A stretch of DNA of 64,000 bases. Origin: Spirochaetia bacterium. Its GTDB lineage: Bacteria; Spirochaetota; Spirochaetia; SZUA-6; Bin103. Below, one piece after another: positions 9,295 through 19,469 of this stretch (its first letter is position 1; every line of letters begins with the position of its first letter). The position numbers and the translations under genes were made by a program. The stretch is from the NCBI GenBank assembly GCA_965208575.1, contig CBDBOV010000005.1, positions 128,001-192,000 of the forward strand, read 5' to 3'. Under the pieces are notes generated by a model. It was not told the DNA's origin. It did not search any database and was given only the letters and a program-made list of their open reading frames with translations.

Positions 9295-11040
9295 CTACGG
9301 CTTCAGGCTGCTGTCGAACCAGATGCGCCAGAAGACTGCTCTGGCCCATCCCATCGTGGACTCGCCGTTGAATCCCGCGACCCACGGCTGGACCACGTTG
9401 AACTGCGGCCCAATTGGCCCGAACAGCTGCCAGAACTGCTCGATCGAGTACATATCCAGCTCGCGGAGCGCTGCGTTTTGCTCGTCCAGCGTGGTCGCGC
9501 CAGCGGCCTCGTCGAACTTGGCCTGGTACCACTCGTCGTCGACATTGGAGGTGTTCCATCCTGCCGTCGGAAGGAATTTCCCCAGAATCTGGATTGCGGG
9601 GCACTTGCACGCCCCTTCCGCGGTGATGAGCTCATATTCTCGTGCGTTTCTTCTCGCCCCGTACTCAGCTCCCCCTCGCACCTCGGCCTCTACCTTGACG
9701 CCGATGGCGTCCCAGTAACTGATCAGGAGCTCTGTGTGGTTCAGGTCGAATCGCTCCTGGTGCAGAATCTCGGTCTTGAATCTGACGCCGTCGTCGCCGC
9801 GCGGATAGCCCGCCTCGTCGAGCAGCGCCTCGGCACCGGCCGGGTCATACTCGAATACCTTCCTGACATCTGCCGGCCAATCCTCGAACGGGACCGCGAC
9901 GGCCGCATTGAAGCGGCTGACCTGCCCCTGCGGGATGGTATCTGCAAAGCCCTTGTAGAATCCCTGGTCGATCTCCTCGAGGTTGATCGCCATCTGCAGC
10001 GCCTTGCGTACCCGGATATCGCCAAAGGGCTCCACCTGGGTGTTCGGGGCCACCGCATTGTCCGACCGCAGGCCATACGGAGACGGCACCAGCTCCGGGT
10101 TGGTCCGCTGCAGGCTCTCGAGCTGATCGATAGTCCGCAATTGGGTGAGCGTGAGCGCCCCCACGTAGTCGAGCTGGCCGGTGCGCAGCGCCGACAGGTA
10201 GGTCGCCGCTTCGGGCATGATCAGCCCGCGTAACTGGTCGAAATAGGGGAGGCGGTTGTCCGGAAACTTCTCGTCGAAGCCCCAGTAGTCGGGATTCTTG
10301 TCATAGGTGATTGAACTGCCCTTGGTCCAGTCGGTCAGGGAATAGGGTCCGGTGCCGACCAGATCCCGCCAGTCCTCGCCGTCCCCCTCTGCCCGGATGA
10401 CCTCGGGCGGGTAGATAAGGTTAATCGGCCCCTGGATGATCTTGGCAAGAACAGAGACGCTTGGCCTCGCCAGCTTGAACTCCACTGTCGAGTTGTCGGT
10501 GGCCGTTACCGACTCGACCTCGACGCCGGCCAAGAGATCGGATCCGTACAACCGCTCGGTGAAGCCGCTGCCGAGGCCCATCATCCGGTGGTAGTTGAAT
10601 TCGATGTCCGCGGCGGTCAGCGCGCGACCGTTCATCGGCGCCTTGTCATGCCAGCGAACGCCGTCGCGGATGTTGAGGATGATGGTGAGTGGGTCGGGTT
10701 GCGACCAGCTTTCAGCCAACGCCCCCGTCGTGTTCGCCGGCGCGACGAGCACGTTGAAGTCGAACTCATCTCTCGGCAGCGCCCAATCCGCGATGCTCAC
10801 CAGCTCCAGCACGTGACTGACTATCGTAACCGCTCCGAAGCTGTCGGTGCTGGCTGGCTCTTCCTTGAGTGCAAAGGTGAACGTGCCGCCGTACTCGGGC
10901 GCGCTGATCATCTCGCCGGTGGTGGGGTCGAGCACCATCTCCTTCTCGACCGCGGCCGCCTCCTCGCCGGCGGGGGCGGCAAACGTAACGGTAGCCACCA
11001 GCGCGAACACCAGCGGCAGCACCATGAGTCTGGGAGTCAT
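9295..11040 (-). CDS. ABC transporter substrate-binding protein, family 5 (OppA/DppA-like; copy 1)
   Basis: Signal-like N-terminus after GAGGAGG RBS; LAESW, VGTGPY, DIRVRKA, YDPAGAEALLDEAGY. Confidence 0.9.
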   Translation of the reverse strand: MTPRLMVLPLVFALVATVTFAAPAGEEAAAVEKEMVLDPTTGEMISAPEYGGTFTFALKEEPASTDSFGAVTIVSHVLELVSIADWALPRDEFDFNVLVAPANTTGALAESWSQPDPLTIILNIRDGVRWHDKAPMNGRALTAADIEFNYHRMMGLGSGFTERLYGSDLLAGVEVESVTATDNSTVEFKLARPSVSVLAKIIQGPINLIYPPEVIRAEGDGEDWRDLVGTGPYSLTDWTKGSSITYDKNPDYWGFDEKFPDNRLPYFDQLRGLIMPEAATYLSALRTGQLDYVGALTLTQLRTIDQLESLQRTNPELVPSPYGLRSDNAVAPNTQVEPFGDIRVRKALQMAINLEEIDQGFYKGFADTIPQGQVSRFNAAVAVPFEDWPADVRKVFEYDPAGAEALLDEAGYPRGDDGVRFKTEILHQERFDLNHTELLISYWDAIGVKVEAEVRGGAEYGARRNAREYELITAEGACKCPAIQILGKFLPTAGWNTSNVDDEWYQAKFDEAAGATTLDEQNAALRELDMYSIEQFWQLFGPIGPQFNVVQPWVAGFNGESTMGWARAVFWRIWFDSSLKP

Positions 11041-11324
11041 AACGTACTCCTCCTCGTTGTCGGGATCGGGACCGCGCCCCGTTGCCCGTGGTTCTCTTGG
11101 GCCGAAGACTTCGGCCTTCTCGCATGGTCGTGGTAGTGGTCGCACCCGAAGCGGGAGACAGCGCCGCGAGCGCCGGTTTCTCGGCGAGCGAGACGAGCGG
11201 TCAGTTACCGGGTGCTTGGTTTGTTTCGGAGCAGGACGGAGCAGGACGGAGCGCTTAGCGTGCGCGGCTAACGGGTGGCTGCGGTGGGCTGTGTGATCGC
11301 GCTTCATCCGCGTACCAAGCCGCC

Positions 11325-11352
11325 ATTCTACCACGCGCCCGGCACCCGTCAA
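11325..11352 (-). promoter_or_regulatory. Putative sigma70 promoter of opp operon copy 1
   Basis: Minus strand TTGACG-16 nt-TAGAAT with extended -10 TG; identical copy at 59057-59084. Confidence 0.5.
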
Positions 11353-11374
11353 GCACGCGGAATCTGTCGGCTGG

Positions 11375-11512
11375 AACGAGGCCAAGTCGCAATACCTGCC
11401 GCGCCTGCGCTCCGGTGCCGCCGCCGACGCCGGCGATCGGTCGCTGCAGAAGATGGCGCAGACGGTCACCCCGGAGGACCTGTTCGCGCCGGTGATCCTG
11501 GCCCTGGTCTGA
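11375..11512 (+). pseudogene. dhp-like gene 3' remnant
   Basis: Matches 59868-60105 with internal deletions. Confidence 0.8.
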
Positions 11513-11551
11513 GCGAGCAATCCGGGGCGAGACCCAATCAACCCGTTGGTA

Positions 11552-12007
11552 CTACGTCTCAGACGCTCGAAGCGGAGTCAACGCCCTATCTCCCACGATC
11601 AACCCGCGGCCAACCGCACGCAGGCCGGCCTCGACTTGGCCGATGTGCGAACGGTGACGCACGTCCAGCAGGCGGCGTACCGCAGACTGGCTTACCCCAA
11701 GCCGTCTTGCAAGCTCAACCTGGGTCACGTTCTGCCGCCGCATCGCCGTGTACAATGCGAGCTTGGCCGCCACAACCGACGGCACTGCTACCAACTCCTG
11801 GCCGGCGACGACATCACTCGGAACGGGGATCTCGCGGCGCCCATCCACGTAGAAGCTCAGCGCGACGGCGAGCGCATCCGTGGCCTTCTCAAGGGCTTGG
11901 GCTCGATCATCGCCACACGTCAACGCTTCGGGCACGTCGGGGAACGACACCGAGAAGCCTCCGTCGTCCAATTCCGGGGTCAGTACGCAGGGGTAGGTGT
12001 ACCGCAT
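11552..12007 (-). CDS. hicB: HicB-family antitoxin (copy 1)
   Basis: YP.VL...DGGFSVSFPDVPEALTCGD plus C-terminal HTH (TQVELARRLGVSQS). Confidence 0.9.
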   Translation of the reverse strand: MRYTYPCVLTPELDDGGFSVSFPDVPEALTCGDDRAQALEKATDALAVALSFYVDGRREIPVPSDVVAGQELVAVPSVVAAKLALYTAMRRQNVTQVELARRLGVSQSAVRRLLDVRHRSHIGQVEAGLRAVGRGLIVGDRALTPLRASET

Positions 12008-12058
12008 CAGAACTCCTCCTTGCTGATCCCGAGTTGTTTGAGCATGGCATGATAGGTT
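12007..12058 (-). pseudogene. hicA: HicA toxin 3' remnant
   Basis: TYHAMLKQLGISKEEF* identical to the end of 40131-40337. Confidence 0.85.
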
Positions 12059-12112
12059 TACAACCGTCAGCCAGGTGCTTGATCAGCGTCCGGGCGCGGG
12101 GGACAATCGGTC

Positions 12113-13054
12113 ATGAGCACGTTGAGATTCGGCTGGCATATGCCCTCGTTCCCGGTCGACGGCAGCAGCGGGCCCCGGTTCGTGGAGCAGGTTCGTGCTT
12201 CCCTGGACCGGCTGCATCCGCACTTCGAATCGGTCTGGGTCGACGACCACCTGTGGCCGTGGGCCAGTTGGCAGCCTGCCGACACGCCGTTCCTCGAGTG
12301 CGTCAGCACTATCGCCCACTTCGCCACCGTCTATCGCGACCTCACCTTCGGATCTTTCGTGTTCTGTCAGAGCTACCGCACCCCGGCCGTACTGGCGAAG
12401 ACGGCGGCCAACCTGCAGTTGCTGACCGGCGGCCGCTACGTGTTCGGCATCGGTGCCGGATGGGTCGAGCGCGAGTACCACGCCTATGACTACGAGTTCC
12501 CGAAGCCGGCCGTGCGCATCGCCCAACTGGACGAGGCCGTGCAGATCGTCAGAAGGCTCTGGACCGAAGCGCCCGCCACCTTCCACGGCACCTACTACCG
12601 GGTCACCGACGCCTACTGCGAGCCGCGGCCGGACCCCGCACCGCCACTGCTGATCGGCGGTGGCGGCGAACAACTGACCCTGCGGGTGGTGGCCAAGTAC
12701 GCCGACTGGTGGAACGTCACGGCGGGCACGCCCGAATCTTACGCCCACAAGCTCGAGGTGCTGCGCGGCCACTGCGCCGCGGTCGGACGCGACTACCACC
12801 GGATCGTCAAGACCTGGGCGGCGGAGGCACTTGCCGTGGCCGCCACCGAGAAGCAGGCGCGGCGCATCGCCGAGGCCTCGCCTCACAAGAGTGATCCGAT
12901 CGTCGGCACCCCGGAGCAGGTCGCCGAACGGGTGCAGGCCTACATCGATGCCGGCGTGCAGTACGTCATCGTGCGCGCCATCGACTTCCCGAGCACCGAG
13001 GGCATCGAGCTGTTCGCCCAGGAGGTGATACCGCGCCTGTCGCTCCCGCGCTGA
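12113..13054 (+). CDS. LLM-class flavin/F420-dependent oxidoreductase (copy 1)
   Basis: SVWVDDHL, YRTPAVLAK, GIGAGW..E, LLIGGGGE, ADWWN, GTPEQV. Confidence 0.9.
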   Translation: MSTLRFGWHMPSFPVDGSSGPRFVEQVRASLDRLHPHFESVWVDDHLWPWASWQPADTPFLECVSTIAHFATVYRDLTFGSFVFCQSYRTPAVLAKTAANLQLLTGGRYVFGIGAGWVEREYHAYDYEFPKPAVRIAQLDEAVQIVRRLWTEAPATFHGTYYRVTDAYCEPRPDPAPPLLIGGGGEQLTLRVVAKYADWWNVTAGTPESYAHKLEVLRGHCAAVGRDYHRIVKTWAAEALAVAATEKQARRIAEASPHKSDPIVGTPEQVAERVQAYIDAGVQYVIVRAIDFPSTEGIELFAQEVIPRLSLPR

Positions 13055-13078
13055 GGTCTCAGCTTCCGGTATCGGGTA

Positions 13079-13366
13079 TGCGGCTGGACACCGATGCCGC
13101 CAACTACCGGCGCGACGTGCGGCCGTGGAGAGGCGCTGAACTCGACGCCAATGAGATGGATGGAGTCGCCGGCGGCGCGGTACTTGTCGGCGTAGCGGCG
13201 CTCCTGGAGCTGGGCGAGGGCGGAGCCGGGGGGCGTCATCTCGGCCACCTTGAACTCGAACAGGTTGACGTCAAGCGCGCGGAATCACGCTACCATGAAG
13301 ATTGGAGTTATGAAGATTGGAATTCAGCACATGGAAAGATGCCCAGTCCGGTTCTGCGTACCGCGA
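13079..13366. pseudogene. Patchwork of CRTAC1 (13079-13120), AAA-ATPase C-terminus (13133-13265), opp promoter and dhp-like 5' fragments
   Basis: Each piece matches a longer copy elsewhere in the window; includes a short tandem duplication ATGAAGATTGGARTT. Confidence 0.75.
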
Positions 13367-13370
13367 CCCG

Positions 13371-13601
13371 TCAACCCGTTGGTACTACGTTACGGCTGCC
13401 TGACGCTTCGTTCACGAATGTCAGGAAACCCTCGCCGGCGAGTTGCCGATTGGCATCCAGCAACTCGACTCCGTACACCTTCCCGTCGGGCGAAAGGTCA
13501 ACATGCAAACTTTCGCTCACCTTGATCGTCTCAACTTCCCCCGTAGACTCGCGAAATCGGATATAGCCGATATTATAGCGTGGGTCATAGGTGACGGTCA
13601 T
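13371..13601 (-). CDS. DUF2283 domain protein
   Basis: MTVTYDP..NIGYIRF...TIKVS...HVDL..DGKVYGVELLDA. Confidence 0.85.
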   Translation of the reverse strand: MTVTYDPRYNIGYIRFRESTGEVETIKVSESLHVDLSPDGKVYGVELLDANRQLAGEGFLTFVNEASGSRNVVPTG

Positions 13602-13630
13602 GTTGCTCCCTGATCGCACTCAATAGAACT

Positions 13631-13699
13631 TCAACATCCGCCGGGGCGCACCGCCGGCAGCTCGAAGCCGGCACGCCAAGAGGTGTCGAGGCGGGTTGA
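13631..13699. repeat. GC-rich hairpin; interior inverted relative to the copy at 41618-41683
   Basis: TCAAC(AT)CCGCC...GGCGGGTTGA stem, followed in both copies by GAACGCATGYAGATCAGGATTCGTA. Confidence 0.7.
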
Positions 13700-13890
13700 G
13701 AACGCATGTAGATCAGGATTCGTAGAGAGTAGTAGCATTCTCAAGCCCGCTTCCACCAACACCGCACGAGGACGCGTGCAGGGTGATCCCATGCTGACGG
13801 AGGTGATGGAGGGACAAACGCCGGCTCGGTGAGCAAGCAAGTTCGTGACGGCGAATTCGTCGGGCCTCAGTCTCCGCCTGCGCACGGCCG

Positions 13891-14907
13891 TCACCCCGAC
13901 AGGACGCGCCGCACCTCGTCCGCATCCACCGCCAGCGCCCGGGCGATCGCCTCGGCATCCTGTCCCAGGCCATGCAGGCGGCGGATCGCCTGCGCGAGCA
14001 GCAGGCGCCGCTGCTGTTCCGCCTGCTGTTGCGCCTGTTCCGCCTGCTGTTGAGCCCGCTCCGCTCGCCGTGCCCGCTCCCGCTCCTGCTGCGCCTGCTG
14101 CCGCTCCTGCTCCGCACGACGCTCGTGATGCTCCACCTGCCGCGCCAGCAGCATCGAGTCCCGAAACAGCAGGTCCTCACCCTCCATGTTGCGGCGCACC
14201 CCCTCCTCCGCCATCGCCTGCCGCAACTGCCGCAGCACGAAGGCGCACTCCACCGGGTACTCCCCTTCCTCGATCGTCAGCACGTGCGCGTCCCCCCGCC
14301 CGTTGCCTTTCACCAGGCCTTGGTCGAAGATCGCCAGCAGCCGCTCCAGCTCGTCCCGCCGCCGGCTCGCCAGCCGCGGGATCTGGATGATGTGGCTGCG
14401 GTGATGAATCCCCTCCACCAGCGGATGGCTCGCCTCAAGCTCCCGCCCCGTGCGCCGCTCGGTCACCTGCGGGCACACGTCGATCACCGCCTCGTCCGAC
14501 AGGTCATCCAGGGCGTAGCCCAGGAAGTAGATGGTCACGATCGGCACCGCCTCGGTGCGGCCCGACGGATGGGTAAGGATGTTGTCGCCGCTGCCGATCT
14601 GCTGGCCCAGGTAGCGCCGGAAGCGCTCGATCACGGTCGGCGCGTTGGCCTTCTGAATCTCGATCAGCACCTGCCGCTCACTGCCGTCGCGGGTCTGAAC
14701 CCGAGCAGCGAAGTCCATGCGCAACAGCGTCAGCGGCAGGTCGTGCTGCGGGTCTTCGGGGGTGCGGCGCACGGCGGTCTCCTGCGGGCTGACGGTGAGC
14801 GACTGCACCGCGAGGCCGGTGATCCTGCCGATCAGCAGGCGGGCGACGCGCTGGTCCTGCATCAGGTACTTGAACACCACGTCGTAGATCGGGTTGGCGA
14901 CGTCCAC
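13891..14907 (-). CDS. Rpn-like PD-(D/E)XK nuclease-family protein with coiled-coil tail
   Basis: ANPIYDVVFKYL, RMDF, LIEIQK, RFRRY, PIVTIY; QE-rich coiled coil; C-terminal HTH-like tail. Confidence 0.75.
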   Translation of the reverse strand: MDVANPIYDVVFKYLMQDQRVARLLIGRITGLAVQSLTVSPQETAVRRTPEDPQHDLPLTLLRMDFAARVQTRDGSERQVLIEIQKANAPTVIERFRRYLGQQIGSGDNILTHPSGRTEAVPIVTIYFLGYALDDLSDEAVIDVCPQVTERRTGRELEASHPLVEGIHHRSHIIQIPRLASRRRDELERLLAIFDQGLVKGNGRGDAHVLTIEEGEYPVECAFVLRQLRQAMAEEGVRRNMEGEDLLFRDSMLLARQVEHHERRAEQERQQAQQERERARRAERAQQQAEQAQQQAEQQRRLLLAQAIRRLHGLGQDAEAIARALAVDADEVRRVLSG

Positions 14908-15054
14908 GCCCGCATTGAACCTGCGCCCCGCGCGGTCAGTCAATCGCCGTGCCCGTGTTGCGGATGATCGGTGCGGCGTATGAACGGGGCGATGCTTTGC
15001 GTTTGACAACTACCGTCCGCCGCCGTGATTATCGGTGTCGTGCATGGAGGCGCC

Positions 15055-15894
15055 ATGAGAGACTACAGAGGCAAGGTCGCGGTGATCACCGGCGCAGGGC
15101 GCGGCATCGGCCGGGGGATCGCCCTCCGTTGTGCCAAGGAGGGGATGAAGGTCGTTGTGGCCGGATTCGGGATGGAACCCCTTACCAGGACCGCCGCAGA
15201 CCTGGAGGCGCTGGGGGCGGAGACGCTGATCGTCCAGACGGATGTATCCGAGGCAGAACAGGTGGAGAGCCTGGCAGCAGCCACGATCGAAGCCTTCGGC
15301 CAGGTCGACCTGCTGGTGAACAACGCCGGGGTCGCGCAGCCGGGCAAGACACTGGAGCTCACACTGGACGACTGGCACTGGGTAATGGGGGTCAATTTCT
15401 ACGGCGTGCTCCATGGCCTGCGTGCGTTCGTGCCCCGCATGATCGAACGGAAGCAGCCCAGTCACGTGGTCAATGTCTCATCCCTCTCCGGCGTGCTCCC
15501 GGCGGGCGGGTCGTACGGGGTCTCGAAACATGCCGTGCTGGTCCTGACCGAATCGCTGTACAAGGATTTGGCCGAGTCGGCGCCCCACGTCAAGGTTTCG
15601 GCGCTCTGCCCGGGTTGGGTGGCGACCGAGTTTTACCGCGTGGATCAATCTCGTCCGGAGCGTTTCAAAGGGGCGACGACCGAGGTGACCGACGAATACC
15701 GGGAGACTTGGCGCGGGTGGCTGACGGGTGGAATCACGACCGACCAGTTGGCCCAGATCCTGTTCGACGGCCTGGAGCAAGACCAGTTGTACATCGGCGT
15801 CCAGGGCTTCCGGAAAGCGGGCCAGGATGTCGGAGAAGCGGTTGTGGCCCGGGCTCAGAATATCGTCCAGGAGAACAACCCACCCATCTCGTAA
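15055..15894 (+). CDS. SDR family oxidoreductase (copy 2)
   Basis: Close paralogue of 1849-2688 with the same motifs. Confidence 0.92.
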   Translation: MRDYRGKVAVITGAGRGIGRGIALRCAKEGMKVVVAGFGMEPLTRTAADLEALGAETLIVQTDVSEAEQVESLAAATIEAFGQVDLLVNNAGVAQPGKTLELTLDDWHWVMGVNFYGVLHGLRAFVPRMIERKQPSHVVNVSSLSGVLPAGGSYGVSKHAVLVLTESLYKDLAESAPHVKVSALCPGWVATEFYRVDQSRPERFKGATTEVTDEYRETWRGWLTGGITTDQLAQILFDGLEQDQLYIGVQGFRKAGQDVGEAVVARAQNIVQENNPPIS

Positions 15895-15963
15895 CCTGGT
15901 CGTTCCCGTTCTCGATGTCAGCCAGGTGCTTGCTCAGCGTTCGGGCGCCGGCGACAATCGGTC

Positions 15964-16906
15964 ATGAGCACGTTGAGATTTGGCTGGCATTATGCCCTCG
16001 TTCCCGGTCGACGGTAGCAGCGGGCCCCGGTTCGTGGAGCAGGTTCGGGCTTCCCTGGACCGTCTGCATCCGCACTTCGAATCGGTCTGGGTCGACGACC
16101 ACCTGTGGCCGTGGGCCGGTTGGCAGCCTGCGGACACGCCATTCCTCGAGTGCGTCAGCACTATCGCCCACTTCGCCACCGTCTATCGGGACCTCACCTT
16201 TGGATCCTTCGTGTTCTGTCAGAGCTACCGCACCCCGGCCGTGCTGGCGAAGACGGCGGCCAACCTGCAGTTGCTGACCGGCGGCCGCTACGTGTTCGGC
16301 ATCGGTGCCGGATGGGTCGAGCGCGAGTACCACGCCTATGACTACGAGTTCCCGAAGCCGGCCGTGCGCATCGCCCAGTTGGACGAGGCCGTGCAGATCG
16401 TCAGAAAGCTCTGGACCGAAGCGCCCGCCACCTTCCACGGCACCCACTACCGGGTCACCGACGCCTACTGCGAGCCGCGGCCGGACCCCGCACCGCCACT
16501 GCTGATCGGCGGTGGCGGCGAACAACTGACCCTGCGGGTGGTGGCCAAGTACGCCGACTGGTGGAACGTCACGGCGGGCACGCCCGAATCCTACGCCCAC
16601 AAGCTGGGGGTGCTGCGCCGGCACTGCGACGCGGTCGGCCGCGACTACCACCAGATCGTCAAGACCTGGGCGGCGGAGGCACTGGCCGTGGCCGCCACCG
16701 AGAAGCGGGCGCGGCGCATCGCCGAGGCGTCGCCCCACAACAGTGATCCCATCGTCGGCACCCCGGAGCAGGTCGCCGAACGGGTGCAGGCCTACATCGA
16801 TGCCGGCGTGCAGTACGTCATCGTGCGCGCCATCGACTTCCCGAGCACCGAGGGCATCGAGCTGTTCGCCCAGGAGGTGATGCCGCGCCTGTCGCTCCCG
16901 CGCTAA
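15964..16906 (+). pseudogene. LLM-class oxidoreductase (copy 2) with +1 frameshift near the start
   Basis: GGCATTATG versus GGCATATG in copy 1; the rest is in frame from ATG ~15992 (re-initiation or a sequencing error is possible). Confidence 0.7.
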
Positions 16907-17017
16907 GGTCGATCGACCCGCGGCGGGCCGGCCGGGCGTCCGCCAGCGCGAACTGCCGACCGCCCGCGCAGCCTTGTAGTTGTAGGCGTACCGGCGCGTG
17001 TGGTCTCATGTCCGCGT

Positions 17018-18754
17018 ATGCTGGGACGTTGGAGCCGGGCGATGTGGGCAGTGACGGCGGCGGCTCTGCTGGGCGCGGGACAGCTCGGCGCGGCTCCCCA
17101 CGTGGCAGTTATCCCGGTCAGCACCGAGACGAGTTGCGCGGGAGCGTTCGTTGCGCGCCCGCTGCCGCACTCGGTGGAGCCGATGCCGAACCTGCCGATG
17201 CCGTTCGACAGCAACGGCTCGGGGGTCGCGATCGCCGACCTCGATGGCGACGGCTGGCTGGACGTGCTGCTCGGCGGGCTGCACGGCCCGGCGACGGTGC
17301 TCTGGAACCGCGGCGACCCGGGCGGTCCGGCGTTCGATGCCGTGGCGCTCGAACTGGTCGGGGCGCGCGCGGTGGCCATCGTGGACGTGGACGGCGACGG
17401 ACACCAGGACATCGTCGCCACCCGGCCCGACGAACGTCCGCGGTGGCTGCGGGGAAGCGGCGGACGCACCTTCCGGATCGTGGACGACGAACGGTTCGTC
17501 GCCCGCTATCCCATCTACACGATGGCGTGGGACGATCTCGATGGCGACACCGACCTCGACCTGGTCGGCGCCACCTACGACGCCGAGTTGGAGCGATACG
17601 AGGCGATGGAGGCATACCGGAACTTCGTGACGACCAACGTTTCCACCGCCCGCACCCGGCAGCGGGGGGTGTGGTACTACGAGAACCTCGGGCCGCGCGA
17701 CCGGCGCAGCGCCTTCGAGCCGGGTGAGTTCCAGTTCCTGGCATGGCCCCTCGCCGCCGGCGCGATGGCACTGGCCATCGTGCTGACCGACGTCGACGGC
17801 GACGCGCTCAGCGACATCGTCGTGGGCAACGACTACGACGTCCCGGACAACGTATTCCTCCGCACCCCCGATCGGGTGCGCCCGCACCGGTCGTGGTGGC
17901 GCCCCGGCAGTCCGTTCCCGGTGACCACCCGCAACACCATGGCATTCGCCACCGGCGACGTGGACAACGACGGCCGCATCGAACTGTTCGCGGCGGACAT
18001 GAGCCCGTACCGCGCGGGTGCGGACATCGACGAGGCGTGGGGGCCGCTGCTGCAACCGGGCGGCGCGGCGACCCCGGTGGGCGACGGCGTGCAGGCCGCG
18101 GCCAACGTGCTGCAGACCCGGCAGGAGGACGGCTCCTACCTGGACACCGCCGGCCGCGCCGGGGTGGCCGCCACCGGCTGGAGCTGGTCGGCGCAGTTCG
18201 GGGACTTGGACAACGACGGCGACCTGGACCTGTACGCCGTCAACGGCATGGTCGGCGACCCGTTCCGCAAGCTGGCGAACGCCGAGTTGGTCGAGGAGAA
18301 CCAGGCGCTGCGCAACCTGGGCGGAGGGCGCTTCGTGGCCGCGCCGGAGTGGGGGCTGGGCGCCACCGAGAGCGGGCGCGGCATGGCGCTCGGCGACCTC
18401 GACCGCGACGGCGACCTGGACATCGTGGTCAACAACTACCGGGCGCCGTCGCTGCTGTTCGAGAACCGCCTGTGCGGCGGGGCGAGCGTGCAGGTGGACC
18501 TGGTCTGGTCCGGCACGGACAACCGGTTCGCAATCGGCGCCTCGTTGCGGCTGGACACCGATGCCGGCCGCTACCGGCGCGACGTGGAGGTGACCAGCGG
18601 CTACCTGTCGAGCAACCCGCCCCGCGTCCACTTCGGCTTGCCCGCCGGCGAGCGCCCGAGGCGCCTCACCATCCGCTGGCCGGACGGGTCCGAGGACGTG
18701 GTGGGCACCGCGCACGGCCTGACGGCCGACACGCTGCTCACCGTCACCAGGTAG
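17018..18754 (+). CDS. CRTAC1-family protein (FG-GAP/VCBS repeats + ASPIC/UnbV), secreted (copy 1)
   Basis: Repeated D.DGDG..D motifs, GRGMALGD.D.DGDLD, GYLSS..P.VHFGL...IRWPDG. Confidence 0.9.
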   Translation: MLGRWSRAMWAVTAAALLGAGQLGAAPHVAVIPVSTETSCAGAFVARPLPHSVEPMPNLPMPFDSNGSGVAIADLDGDGWLDVLLGGLHGPATVLWNRGDPGGPAFDAVALELVGARAVAIVDVDGDGHQDIVATRPDERPRWLRGSGGRTFRIVDDERFVARYPIYTMAWDDLDGDTDLDLVGATYDAELERYEAMEAYRNFVTTNVSTARTRQRGVWYYENLGPRDRRSAFEPGEFQFLAWPLAAGAMALAIVLTDVDGDALSDIVVGNDYDVPDNVFLRTPDRVRPHRSWWRPGSPFPVTTRNTMAFATGDVDNDGRIELFAADMSPYRAGADIDEAWGPLLQPGGAATPVGDGVQAAANVLQTRQEDGSYLDTAGRAGVAATGWSWSAQFGDLDNDGDLDLYAVNGMVGDPFRKLANAELVEENQALRNLGGGRFVAAPEWGLGATESGRGMALGDLDRDGDLDIVVNNYRAPSLLFENRLCGGASVQVDLVWSGTDNRFAIGASLRLDTDAGRYRRDVEVTSGYLSSNPPRVHFGLPAGERPRRLTIRWPDGSEDVVGTAHGLTADTLLTVTR

Positions 18755-18846
18755 CACTCCACCGGGGGACCTGTAATCTTGCGCGCCCCGACGGATCTTG
18801 AACGTTCGGTTTGCATACCTTACGTGGGACGGGCTAACATGGCGCC

Positions 18847-19308
18847 ATGGCCAGCACCAAGGCACCACCCACCGGGCGCTACGAAGCGGCGCAACCCCGG
18901 CCCGCCGAGCCCGCCCAGCCGCCAGCGTTCCCGGGCTGCAAGCCGGTGCACCTGCCGCGCACCGAGATCGACCGCTTCGAGGGACGGCTCGAGTATTGGG
19001 ATTCGGCCACCGAGACCGCCTGGATCAGCGAGTCCGCCACGGCCTACCACGAGCGCCCGTCGCGCCTCCTGACGCGCTTGGCCGAGCGCATCGCCGAAGT
19101 GCGCGGCTCGCCGATCGAGTCGTACGGCTCGACGGACCTGCTGCTGCGCGACCCCGGCGGCGAACCGCGGCGCATCATGCAGGCCGACGAGTCGGTGTAC
19201 CTGCATCCGGCGCACGCCAAGCTGCCGGGGGCCGCCATGGTGGTCGGCGAGGACGACTTTCCCGACGTGGTGCTGGAGGTGGATTCCAACACCATAGCGT
19301 ACCAGTAG
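18847..19308 (+). pseudogene. Uma2-family endonuclease type B, truncated at PDVVLEVD by the integrase island
   Basis: Homology to 60490-61473 ends at ~19284. Confidence 0.85.
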
Positions 19309-19370
19309 ACCCCTCATAGTTCCTTTAAGTTACTGTATATCAGCCCTTTAGACCCTACATAGTTCCTTGA
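19266..19370. other. Putative attL: imperfect core palindrome plus arm-type direct repeats
   Basis: TGGTGCTGGAG-N5-TTCCAACACCA; direct repeats TAGACCCCTCATAGTTCCTT and TAGACCCTACATAGTTCCTT; a diverged copy precedes the second integrase remnant at 31565. Confidence 0.5.
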
Positions 19371-19469
19371 CGTTTCATCGATTCTTGCTTAGAATACCAC
19401 TAATGGTGATACTTAAGGTTACTCTCCATCAGACTGCTTGAACCGCTCTTCGTCCTGGAGGAACTGATC

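Noticed and set aside
17006-18868. Long antisense or alternative-frame ORFs (also 61642-63618, 44763-46229, 47754-49073, 51236-52600)
   Set aside because: Shadow ORFs of high-GC genes; no motifs, and Arg/Ala/Gly/Pro-rich composition.
200-19284. Mosaic as a whole-genome-amplification chimera
   Set aside because: Such chimeras are mostly inversions of identical sequence; here strand is preserved, fragments are diverged and junctions recur. Not fully excluded without reads.
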